Source: a virus
Lineage: Duplodnaviria > Caudoviricetes
Virus record (IMG/VR): IMGVR_UViG_3300017785_002555
Span: 1 to 26,088 of that record
Reading direction: 5' to 3' (one strand)
Length of the DNA stretch: 26,088 nucleotides
Position numbers and translations under genes: made by a program. Under the pieces are notes generated by a model, which was not told the DNA's origin, made no database searches, and saw only the letters and a list, made by a program, of their open reading frames with translations. Positions 1 to 7,602 of the stretch are shown here, piece after piece (the stretch's first letter is position 1; every line of letters starts with the position of its first letter).

Positions 1-5
1 ACCTG

Positions 6-212
6 ATGGAAGTTGAATGCACAAAGTGCGGTGCAAAGCAGGATGGCATCTTGACCGTCAACGCCCCACCACAGCGCGAATGGCAGGGGCTGACGGATGA
101 GGAAATGTTTGACTGTTTAGCACAAACTGACGGCGAAGCAAAACGATTGCCGTTAGGTTTTAAATGGTTTGCTGAAGCCATCGAAGCCAAGCTGCGGGAG
201 AAAAACATTTGA
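6..212 (+). CDS. Phage hypothetical protein, probably 5'-truncated by the window edge
   Basis: Frame is open to the window start. It has a CxxC (CTKC) and a C-terminal 'PQREWQGLTDEE...FAEAIEAKLREKN' segment that I recognise from small proteins of proteobacterial phages. Confidence 0.7.
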   Translation: MEVECTKCGAKQDGILTVNAPPQREWQGLTDEEMFDCLAQTDGEAKRLPLGFKWFAEAIEAKLREKNI

Positions 213-258
213 TCCGGCAGTCGCTATGGCGGAAGCGCCAGAGCCAGCCTCAAAAAGT

Positions 259-289
259 TGTTGCCTTCAGCGCAACAGAAGAAGATAAT
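259..289 (+). promoter_or_regulatory. Putative sigma70-type promoter overlapped by an inverted repeat
   Basis: TTGCCT (261-266), 17 nt, GATAAT (284-289), in the intergenic gap before the packaging genes. Palindrome TGTTGC (259-264)-N7-GCAACA (272-277) overlaps the -35. Confidence 0.45.
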
Positions 290-322
290 GCCGCCCATCA
301 ACCACCACGAAAGGAGGACGCC

Positions 323-367
323 ATGTACGGTAAAGGTAAAAAGCCGCCCAAGCCACCGAAAAAGTGA
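323..367 (+). CDS. 14-aa Lys/Pro-rich micropeptide MYGKGKKPPKPPKK (not in ORF track)
   Basis: Perfect Shine-Dalgarno AAGGAGG at 311-317, ATG at 323, TGA at 365-367 overlapping the GTG start of the next gene (GTGA). Confidence 0.6.
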   Translation: MYGKGKKPPKPPKK

Positions 368-627
368 AGCCGAAGGGCAAAACTATGATGGTTCCCTTAA
401 ACGAGCTCGGGCGTCGTATCGGTCAGCATCACCACAATGCAAAGTTCACGGATGAAATCATCGATAAAATTCGGGACATGCGCGAAGATATGGCCATGAC
501 ATACCAGCAAATAGCCGAAGCCGTCGGCATTTCAAAGCATGCTATTGCCAAGATTTGCCGGTACGAACGCCGAGCTCAAACACCTCATCGATGGATAAAG
601 GTTATTAAAAATGAAAAAGGAGACTGA
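364..627 (+). CDS. Small helix-turn-helix DNA-binding protein
   Basis: 'GQHHHNAKFTDEIIDKIR' followed by HTH-like 'MTYQQIAEAVGISKHAIAKIC'. Lies directly upstream of, and overlaps, terS. Confidence 0.75.
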   Translation: MKPKGKTMMVPLNELGRRIGQHHHNAKFTDEIIDKIRDMREDMAMTYQQIAEAVGISKHAIAKICRYERRAQTPHRWIKVIKNEKGD

Positions 628-1102
628 GCCAAAAAAAATCGGACGGCCACCTGAGCCAGTCCCGAAAGACAAAGCCGATGAGATCTGCGAATGGATTACG
701 ACCGGCAAAACACTGCGTGAATGGTGCCGAAACAATAACATTCACTATTCGACCGTTTATCTTTGGATGGGGAAAGACAAGGAATTTGCTCAACGCTTCG
801 CGGAGGCTAGAGATATTGGTGCTGACTGCATTGCGGATGATGCGCTTGAGATTATCGATACAAAGCCAGAGATGACCGGCGGCGATAATCCGAAATACGA
901 TAATGCCCATGTCACATGGCTGCGCAACCGGGCTGAGTACAGGCTGAAGCTGCTGGCCAAGTGGAATCCGAAAAAGTACGGCGACCGCATGGTGACCGAG
1001 CACACAGGGTCTGAAGGCGGACCGATTCAGATCAGTGACAACGAGCGCGCGGCCAAGGTTAAAGCCCTGATCGCCGCGGCAAGCCAGCGCAAGAGCAAAT
1101 GA
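611..1102 (+). CDS. terS: Terminase small subunit (Sf6 gp1-like)
   Basis: GRP motif, 'EICEWITTGKTLREWCR' HTH, 'FAEARDIGADCIADDALEIID', 'LLAKWNPKKYGDR'. ATGA overlap with terL. Confidence 0.88.
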   Translation: MKKETEPKKIGRPPEPVPKDKADEICEWITTGKTLREWCRNNNIHYSTVYLWMGKDKEFAQRFAEARDIGADCIADDALEIIDTKPEMTGGDNPKYDNAHVTWLRNRAEYRLKLLAKWNPKKYGDRMVTEHTGSEGGPIQISDNERAAKVKALIAAASQRKSK

Positions 1103-2634
1103 CCGTCGATGAATTCGATCCTGAAATTCTGCAGCACCTCACGCCTGAAGAGCTGGCGGAGCTCGATGCTCTGCTGGCTGCAGACAAAACCATTTGGCGA
1201 CCATTACCCGGACCACAATCCATGGCTTACTATTCCGAGGCCGATATCATTGGCTACGGAGGTGCAGCCGGGGGCGGCAAAACAGATCTGGCCTGTGGCA
1301 AAGCGCTCACGAACCATCGCAAAGTAGGCATCTTCCGACTGAATGGCACCGAGTTGACCGGCGTCATCGACCGGTTCACAGACTTGATCGGCTCGCGCAA
1401 TGGCTACAATGGCCAGAACAACATCTGGCGCACCAAGCGTGGCGACGGCGTCGAGATCCAAATCGAGTTCGGATCGTTCCCAAACCTTGGCGATGAGAAG
1501 AAATACCAAGGCCGGCCACATGACCTGCTGGTGTTCGACGAAGCCGCCAACATGCGCGAGATTCAGGTACGCTTCCTGATGGGCTGGCTGCGTACCACGG
1601 ATGTCAACCAGCGCTGTCAAGCCCTGCTAACCTTCAACCCGCCAACGACCGCTGAGGGCCGCTGGATCATCGCCTACTTCGCCCCATGGCTGGACAAGAA
1701 ACACCCGAACCCAGCGGAGCCCGGCGAGCTGCGCTACTTTGCGACCGTCGATGGCAAGGATGTCGAGGTCGAATCCGGTGATGAGTTCGAGCATAACGGC
1801 GAGCTGATCAAGCCCATGTCGCGCACCTTTATTCCGTCGCGGATCAGCGATAACCCTTACCTGATGGGAACCGGATACATGGCCACACTGCAGGCAATGC
1901 CCGAGCCACTGCGCTCACAGATGCTCAACGGCGACTTCAGCGCCGGCATGGAAGATGACCCGTGGCAGGTTATCCCGACCGAGTGGGTCGAGATAGCTCA
2001 GGCCCGGTGGAAGAAGCCGCTCAAGCTGCCGCCAATGGACAGCATGGGCGTCGACGTTGCCCGGGGTGGCAAGGACCAGACCATCATCGCCAGACGCCAT
2101 GGCATGTGGTTTGATGAGCCTCTGGCCTATGCCGGCAGTGCCACGCCTGATGGGCCCACTGTGGCCGGTCTGGTGGTCGCAGCGCTGCGCGACAGGGCTC
2201 CGATACACATTGATGTCATCGGCGTCGGATCGAGCCCCTATGACTTCCTGAACGAATCCAACCAGCAGGTTCTGGGCGTCAACGTGGCCGAGGCTGCACT
2301 GGGTCTAGACAAATCTGGCCGGCTGCGGTTTAAGAACCAGCGGTCCGAGCTGTGGTGGCGCATGCGTGAAGCGCTTGATCCTGCCAACAACACAGGCATA
2401 GCGTTGCCGCCTGATCCACGGCTATTTGCTGACCTGTGCGCGCCGACATGGAAATTGGTTGGCCAAACCATCTCGGTGGCAAGTAGGGAAGAGATACTCG
2501 AGCGCATTGGTAGATCGCCTGACTTTGCGTCGGCGTACTGTTTGGCGCTGATGGACACGCCAAAACGATCAATTGCGATGGAATACGCTCGTCGCAATCA
2601 GAAAGAGGACTATGACCCATATGCAAAACTTTAA
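1099..2634 (+). CDS. terL: Terminase large subunit
   Basis: Walker A YGGAAGGGKT, Walker B LLVFDEA, coupling motif TFNP, RNase H-like nuclease motifs MGVDVARGGKD and RSPDFASA. Confidence 0.95.
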   Translation: MTVDEFDPEILQHLTPEELAELDALLAADKTIWRPLPGPQSMAYYSEADIIGYGGAAGGGKTDLACGKALTNHRKVGIFRLNGTELTGVIDRFTDLIGSRNGYNGQNNIWRTKRGDGVEIQIEFGSFPNLGDEKKYQGRPHDLLVFDEAANMREIQVRFLMGWLRTTDVNQRCQALLTFNPPTTAEGRWIIAYFAPWLDKKHPNPAEPGELRYFATVDGKDVEVESGDEFEHNGELIKPMSRTFIPSRISDNPYLMGTGYMATLQAMPEPLRSQMLNGDFSAGMEDDPWQVIPTEWVEIAQARWKKPLKLPPMDSMGVDVARGGKDQTIIARRHGMWFDEPLAYAGSATPDGPTVAGLVVAALRDRAPIHIDVIGVGSSPYDFLNESNQQVLGVNVAEAALGLDKSGRLRFKNQRSELWWRMREALDPANNTGIALPPDPRLFADLCAPTWKLVGQTISVASREEILERIGRSPDFASAYCLALMDTPKRSIAMEYARRNQKEDYDPYAKL

Positions 2635-2640
2635 ACAACG

Positions 2641-2672
2641 GTGCCCGTATGAAAACGACAAGCCCATAATGT
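2641..2672 (+). promoter_or_regulatory. Repeated junction motif copy 1 (putative late promoter)
   Basis: GTGCCCGTA at 2641-2649, 6 nt after the terL stop. TAATGT at 2667-2672 (17-nt spacer). Confidence 0.65.
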
Positions 2673-3142
2673 CACGGGAAAGTGGGGCACGAACGACTGA
2701 AATTAGGTTGTCTGATGTGTCTGAAATGCAGGCATTAGCATCAGATCTGTTCGCTGATCATTGGGATGAAATAGCGAAAAACAAACATGTGATGGTGTTG
2801 AAACCTGACTGGACAGCATACAAGCTGCTTGAGTCGCAACACAAACTGCTTGTACTTGCTGCGTTTATTGATGGCAGGCTGGTTGGATACAGCGCCAACA
2901 TAGTTAATAGGCATTTGCATTACTTTGACTTGGTCATTTGCAACAACGATATTTTGTTTGTTCACAAGAATTACAGGGCATCTCCAGTTGGCCTGCGGTT
3001 GATACGTGAAACAGAGAAAATGGCAAAAAAGGCTGGGGCTCAAATGATGTTGTGGCATGCAAAACAGCAGACTGCTTTGGACAAAATTATGCCGAAGCTG
3101 AAATATCAAGTTCAAGACATTATTTATGCGAAGGAGATTTGA
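2669..3142 (+). CDS. GNAT-family N-acetyltransferase (start uncertain: 2669 or 2726; track start 2573 overlaps terL)
   Basis: 'DGRLVGY', acetyl-CoA motif A 'ILFVHKNYRASPVGLRLIRETEKMAKKAGAQMMLWHAK'. Confidence 0.82.
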   Translation: MSRESGARTTEIRLSDVSEMQALASDLFADHWDEIAKNKHVMVLKPDWTAYKLLESQHKLLVLAAFIDGRLVGYSANIVNRHLHYFDLVICNNDILFVHKNYRASPVGLRLIRETEKMAKKAGAQMMLWHAKQQTALDKIMPKLKYQVQDIIYAKEI

Positions 3143-3144
3143 CT

Positions 3145-3465
3145 ATGGGAATATCAATTATGGCAGCAGCCGCCGCTACATCAACGGCCTACAGCATTTA
3201 CTCTGGTGAAAAACAGCAACGACAGCAAGAAAAAAGTTTGGAAATGCAGGCCGAAGCAAATAAAAAAGCAGAAGCAGCAGCATTAAAACAAGAGAAAAGC
3301 TCAGAAGAAAATATCCGGGCAGCTAACCGCAAACAGGCTGATGTAAGCGCCATTCTTGCGGCGGCACAGGACACAGGTGGCGCAGATCGTACATTGTTGA
3401 CCGGCCCAATGGGTATTGATCCTAATCAATTGGCACTCGGCAAAAACACTCTCCTCGGCGCATAA
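3145..3465 (+). CDS. Small pre-portal virion protein (106 aa)
   Basis: SD AAGGAG at 3131-3136, ATG at 3145. Hydrophobic Ala-rich N-terminus, coiled coil, C-terminal 'TLLTGPMGID...LGKNTLLG'. Position before the portal is typical of podoviruses. Confidence 0.75.
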   Translation: MGISIMAAAAATSTAYSIYSGEKQQRQQEKSLEMQAEANKKAEAAALKQEKSSEENIRAANRKQADVSAILAAAQDTGGADRTLLTGPMGIDPNQLALGKNTLLGA

Positions 3466-3467
3466 AC

Positions 3468-5189
3468 ATGAGTCAATATCCCAGCGACGCACAATCAAAT
3501 CCCAAGTCGGTGACTCGGGATAAGCTGTTTACCCGCTGGGGGCAGCTCAAGTCTGAGCGCGCAACTTGGTGGGCACACTGGCAAGAGATCACCACATACC
3601 TGCTGCCACGCAATGGCCGGTACTTTATACAAGACCGTGACCGTGGTCAGCGCAGGCACAACAACATCTACGACAACACCGGCACACGAGCGCTTCGAAT
3701 ACTTGGCGCAGGCATGATGGCTGGCGCAACCAGCCCAGCCCGGCCATGGTTCAGGTTGGCAACTGCTGACCCTGAGCTCAATGCGTATCACCCGGTAAAG
3801 CTGTGGTTGGAAGATGTGACCACGCGCATGCAGGTAGTGTTTCAAAAGTCAAATACGTACCGCACATTGCACCAAATGTACGAAGAGCTGGGCGCATTTG
3901 GCACTACGTCATCGATCTTACTGTCAGATCCACGCACTGTCATCCATCATTACCCGTCAACGGTTGGAGAATTCTGCATTGCCACTGACTATCGCGGCAC
4001 AGTTGACACCATCTATCGCGAGTTTGAAAAGACAGTTGCGGAGTTGGTGAAAGAGTTTGGGTACAAAAACTGTTCGACAACTGTTCAAAACATGTATGAC
4101 CGCGGCACACTGGATGCATGGGTGCCAATTATTCATGCCATCGAGCCACGTACTGATCGTGACATCATGAAGCGCGACAACAAAAACATGCCGTTCAAGT
4201 CGGTGTATTTTGAAGTCGGTGGCAACGAAGATCAGTATTTGCGCGAGTCTGGGTTCAATGAGTTCCCAGCATTGGCACCTCGGTGGTCAACAGTTGGCGG
4301 CGACATCTATGGCAATGGCCCCGGCATGGAAGCTTTGGGTGATATCAAGCAGCTGCAGCACGAGCAACTACGCAAAGCACAGGCGATTGACTACCAGACC
4401 AAGCCACCATTGCAAGTCCCAACATCGATGAAGAACCGTGATGTTGACTCATTGCCGGGTGGTATCAGCTATGTCGACGCCAACAGCCCACAGGGCGGCA
4501 TCAAAACAGCATTCGAAGTAAACCTGAACTTGCAGCATTTGCTTATGGACATTCAGGATTGCCGAGAGCGCATCCGTGGTGCGTTTTACGCTGACCTGTT
4601 CATGATGCTGGCCAATGCAACTGACACCCGTATGACTGCAACTGAGGTTGCCGAGCGCCATGAAGAAAAGCTGCTGATGCTAGGCCCCGTGCTTGAGCGA
4701 TTGCACAATGAACTGTTAGATCCGCTGGTCGATAAAACCTTCCAGCGCATGGTCGAGTTCAACATGCTGCCTCCGCCACCACAGGAACTGCAGGGCATGG
4801 AACTGTCGGTCGAGTTTGTATCGATGTTGGCACAGGCACAGCGCGCAGTGGGCACCAATAGCGTTGACCGTTTGGTCGGAAATCTTGGTGCTGTGGCGCA
4901 GTTCAAGCCTGATGTGCTCGATAAATTTGATGCTGATCAGTGGGTCGACAGCTACAGCGACATGCTGGGCGTGGATCCCAAGCTGATTATTGCCAACGAA
5001 GATGTGGCCCTGATCCGTCAAGCGCGCGACCAAGCAATGGCTGCAAAAGAACAAGCAGCAATGATGCAGCAACAGGCAGTAACGGCTAAAGATCTGGCAG
5101 CTGCGCAGACCGGCCAATCCGAAAACGCGCTGACTGATGTCATGAACATGTTCAGCGGTTACAACTCACCATCAGCTACCGAGGTCTAA
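3468..5189 (+). CDS. Portal protein (head-to-tail connector, T7 gp8/BPP-1 type)
   Basis: 573 aa with 'LKSERATWWAHWQEI', 'SPARPWFRL', 'YGNGPGMEALGDIKQLQ', 'RMTATEVAERHEEKLLMLGPVLERL'. Confidence 0.95.
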   Translation: MSQYPSDAQSNPKSVTRDKLFTRWGQLKSERATWWAHWQEITTYLLPRNGRYFIQDRDRGQRRHNNIYDNTGTRALRILGAGMMAGATSPARPWFRLATADPELNAYHPVKLWLEDVTTRMQVVFQKSNTYRTLHQMYEELGAFGTTSSILLSDPRTVIHHYPSTVGEFCIATDYRGTVDTIYREFEKTVAELVKEFGYKNCSTTVQNMYDRGTLDAWVPIIHAIEPRTDRDIMKRDNKNMPFKSVYFEVGGNEDQYLRESGFNEFPALAPRWSTVGGDIYGNGPGMEALGDIKQLQHEQLRKAQAIDYQTKPPLQVPTSMKNRDVDSLPGGISYVDANSPQGGIKTAFEVNLNLQHLLMDIQDCRERIRGAFYADLFMMLANATDTRMTATEVAERHEEKLLMLGPVLERLHNELLDPLVDKTFQRMVEFNMLPPPPQELQGMELSVEFVSMLAQAQRAVGTNSVDRLVGNLGAVAQFKPDVLDKFDADQWVDSYSDMLGVDPKLIIANEDVALIRQARDQAMAAKEQAAMMQQQAVTAKDLAAAQTGQSENALTDVMNMFSGYNSPSATEV

Positions 5190-5190
5190 T

Positions 5191-5511
5191 ATGGCAATGA
5201 TCAGCATGAAGCAAGAAGCCGAGCGCGAAGAGATGCCCGGCGAAATTGAATACGAAGAGCCAATGTATCCCTATGGCTTGTGCCTACGTCTTGAGCAGGA
5301 CCAGATGGAAAAGCTGAGTATTACCACGCTGCCATCTGTCGGCACTGAGATGACTATCACTGCCAAGGTTTTCGTCAAAGGCACCAGTGCTTACGAGACA
5401 CAGGGCGGCAAAGACATGAGCATGGAACTGCAAATTACGGACATGGAGATCGGCGCAAGCGACAAGGCACCGACTGCCGAGCGCAACGCTACCTTGCTGT
5501 ACGGTGCCTGA
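5191..5511 (+). CDS. Putative capsid staple/accessory protein (epsilon15 gp10-like)
   Basis: 'YPYGLCLRL...LPSVGTEMTITAKVFV...MELQITDMEI' and terminal 'ATLLYGA'. Post-portal position. Confidence 0.65.
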   Translation: MAMISMKQEAEREEMPGEIEYEEPMYPYGLCLRLEQDQMEKLSITTLPSVGTEMTITAKVFVKGTSAYETQGGKDMSMELQITDMEIGASDKAPTAERNATLLYGA

Positions 5512-5513
5512 TC

Positions 5514-5672
5514 ATGCCTGCCAAGTCAGAAAAGCAGAAACGGTTTATGCAGGCCGTGGCACACAGCAAAGAGTTTGCCAAAAAGGTCGATGTGCCGCAG
5601 TCTGTGGGCCGGGAATTTATGGCTGAAAAGCTATATCCGGCCTCTGACAAGGATAAGAAAAAGTCGAGGTGA
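5514..5672 (+). CDS. 52-aa basic phage protein MPAKSEKQKRFMQAVAHSKEFAKKVDVPQSVGREFMAEKLYPASDKDKKKSR (not in ORF track)
   Basis: ATG 2 nt after the upstream stop and TGA at 5670-5672, filling the gap exactly. Resembles a small basic protein family I recall from aquatic phages. Confidence 0.8.
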   Translation: MPAKSEKQKRFMQAVAHSKEFAKKVDVPQSVGREFMAEKLYPASDKDKKKSR

Positions 5673-5675
5673 CAT

Positions 5676-5840
5676 ATGTCTAAGCCGGGATTGTGGGCCA
5701 ACATTCATGCCAAGCGTAAACGTATTGAGGCTGGGTCTGGTGAGCGCATGCGCAAGCCGGGTGAAGAAGGCGCGCCAACACGCAAAGATTTCAGAGAGTC
5801 TGCAGCCGAAAAGCTGTACGGCAAAGACAAGAAAAAATAA
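5676..5840 (+). CDS. 54-aa basic phage protein MSKPGLWANIHAKRKRIEAGSGERMRKPGEEGAPTRKDFRESAAEKLYGKDKKK (not in ORF track)
   Basis: SD GAGGTG at 5666-5671, ATG at 5676, TAA at 5838-5840. 'PGLWANIHAKR...GERMRKPG..GAPT' is a pattern I recall from aquatic phage small proteins. Confidence 0.82.
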   Translation: MSKPGLWANIHAKRKRIEAGSGERMRKPGEEGAPTRKDFRESAAEKLYGKDKKK

Positions 5841-5849
5841 AGGCTGACT

Positions 5850-6575
5850 GTGTTCTATCCATCACGGACCGAAGATGATCGCTCAGAACCGTTTGAGCTG
5901 CAAGTAGCGCGTGGCCTAATCAAAGGCCATTCGCTGGTCAATGTGTTTGGGTATCAATCGCTAGTCAATTCAGTGTTTATCCCGATATGGGAAAACGCAA
6001 CCGTATACACGTATCCACCAGCAGCCACGATCATGCAAATGGTCAGCGACAGCGCATCGGACACAGCAGTATCGGTTCGCATCATGGGTCTGAACGCAGC
6101 GTATGAGCCCATCACAGAAGTGGTCACGCTTAATGGCACGACGCCTGTGTCTACCATAGGGTCATACTTCAGGATCAACAACATCGTAACTGTGTCTGGA
6201 AACGCTGTTGGCAATGTAACGCTGGCCGCTAGTGGGGTGACTTACGCCAAGATCAATGCCGGCGTCGGGCGCAGCCAAATGAGTTTGTACAGTGTGCCTG
6301 CCGGGTATTCTTTCTTTTTGACACGAGTCGATTTGTTTTCCAATTTGTCTGGTGGGTCTGGCAATCATTGCCTGTACAGGGTCCAAACCGAGTACCCCAA
6401 CGGCGTCAACATTGATATCTTGCAGACGCCATTTACGGACAGATACGAAGCCCGGCGCGTGGTGCCATTTCCGTATCTTGAGAAAACAGACATTCAATGG
6501 CAGGCCAGAGCATTTCAGCAAACGGCTGAGATAGGTGTTGTCATCGAGGGCATTCTGATACGGAACGAGCATTGA
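5850..6575 (+). CDS. Conserved beta-rich phage protein, possibly a structural/decoration protein
   Basis: 241-aa ORF with GTG start that fills the gap. 'FELQVARGLIKGH..VNVFG', 'EVVTLNGTTPV', 'EKTDI'. V/T/S/G-rich. Confidence 0.7.
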   Translation: MFYPSRTEDDRSEPFELQVARGLIKGHSLVNVFGYQSLVNSVFIPIWENATVYTYPPAATIMQMVSDSASDTAVSVRIMGLNAAYEPITEVVTLNGTTPVSTIGSYFRINNIVTVSGNAVGNVTLAASGVTYAKINAGVGRSQMSLYSVPAGYSFFLTRVDLFSNLSGGSGNHCLYRVQTEYPNGVNIDILQTPFTDRYEARRVVPFPYLEKTDIQWQARAFQQTAEIGVVIEGILIRNEH

Positions 6576-6606
6576 GTGCCCGTATGATTTGACAACGAGA
6601 TAAATT
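6576..6606 (+). promoter_or_regulatory. Repeated junction motif copy 2 (putative late promoter for the capsid operon)
   Basis: GTGCCCGTA at 6576-6584 immediately after a TGA. TAAATT at 6601-6606 (16-nt spacer). Confidence 0.62.
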
Positions 6607-6611
6607 ACACA

Positions 6612-6956
6612 ATGAGCAATTACGATCCAACCGATCTTCGTAGTCAGGAAAAGCAGAAAGCGGAGAAAGTTACCCGCGAGAAGATTTCCAAAGAAAACGA
6701 AGAGGCGGACATTAGGTGGCTCATGGGTACAAAGCGGGGCCGTCGCATATTGTGGCGGCTCATGGATCAATCCGGTGTGTTCCGGCTATCGTTCAACACC
6801 AATGCGATGCAGATGGCTTTCGCAGAAGGTAACAGGAACTTTGGCAACCGCATGCTGGCAATGATTCACGAACAATGCCCTGAGCTTTATCCAACAATGT
6901 TAAAGGAACAGAAAAATGACAGACACGCTGATGACGGAAGCCACAACGACCAATGA
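6612..6956 (+). CDS. Bbp19-like small head-assembly protein
   Basis: 'DIRWLMGTKRGRRILWRLMDQSGVFRLSF...MAFAEGNRNFG'. Lies between portal and scaffold. Confidence 0.8.
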   Translation: MSNYDPTDLRSQEKQKAEKVTREKISKENEEADIRWLMGTKRGRRILWRLMDQSGVFRLSFNTNAMQMAFAEGNRNFGNRMLAMIHEQCPELYPTMLKEQKNDRHADDGSHNDQ

Positions 6957-7590
6957 CGGCGCACCCGCATCGCAAGACGTAGGAAGCAATTCACCGACGG
7001 GTGATGCGCAACCTGCGAATGGGCAGCAAGCATCCGACGGGCAGAACCAAAGCCAGACTACAGAGAATGGCGATGGCAATACCGAAGGCAACAAGCAAGG
7101 CGATAAACCTGTAGAAGGCGCGCCAGAAAAGTACGACTTCAAGTTCGATGAGGGCAAGACAGTCGACGCCGGAATACTCGATGTGTATTCGGAAGTTGCT
7201 AAGGAGTTGAATCTGACTCAGGACGCTGCGCAGAAGATGCTCAGTAAGCTGGCCCCGGTAATCGAGGGCAAACAGCTCGAGCGTATTGAATCGGTAAAGA
7301 ACGAATGGACCAAAGCATCTGTATCTGACAAGGAATTTGGCGGCGATAAGCTGGCAGAAAACCTTCGAGTAGCAGAAAAAGCTTTGAGTGAATTTGGCAC
7401 TGACCAGTTGCGCGCGCTACTCAAAGACTCTGGGCTGGGAAATAATCCGGAGGTAATCCGGTTTATGTACCGCGCAGGGAAGGCAATCAGTGAAGACAGC
7501 TTTGTCGGTGGAAACAAAGGCCAAAAGAATAAAGGCCCGATGACTTTCAATGACCACGCTGCCGCACTCTATTCCAATCAGCAAACTTAA
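6916..7590 (+). CDS. Capsid scaffolding (assembly) protein
   Basis: Acidic low-complexity N-terminus, 'APEKYDFK', 'AKELNLTQDAAQK', 'GLGNNPEVIRFMYRAGKAISED', C-terminal 'AAALYSNQQT'. Directly precedes the major capsid gene. Confidence 0.85.
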   Translation: MTDTLMTEATTTNDGAPASQDVGSNSPTGDAQPANGQQASDGQNQSQTTENGDGNTEGNKQGDKPVEGAPEKYDFKFDEGKTVDAGILDVYSEVAKELNLTQDAAQKMLSKLAPVIEGKQLERIESVKNEWTKASVSDKEFGGDKLAENLRVAEKALSEFGTDQLRALLKDSGLGNNPEVIRFMYRAGKAISEDSFVGGNKGQKNKGPMTFNDHAAALYSNQQT

Positions 7591-7602
7591 CAGGAGCAAA
7601 TC

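Noticed and set aside
216-249. Hairpin TGGCG-GAAG-CGCCA (227-240) with imperfect extension
   Set aside because: Short stem, no U-tract on the plus strand and no recognisable ncRNA, so it cannot be called a terminator or RNA gene.
258-455. 65-aa TTG-start ORF
   Set aside because: No SD, overlaps the putative promoter and the HTH gene. The strong SD at 311-317 serves the ATG at 323 in another frame.
2641-2690. Inverted pairing GTGCCC/GGGCAC around motif copy 1 (similarly TGCCCG/CGGGCA at 12888-12925), suggesting an RNA hairpin role
   Set aside because: No equivalent downstream complement at copies 2 and 4, whereas the spaced hexamer is present at all four.
5575-5847. 90-aa plus-strand ORF from the track
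   Set aside because: It overlaps two better-supported short ORFs (5514-5672, 5676-5840) that tile the gap and look like real proteins.
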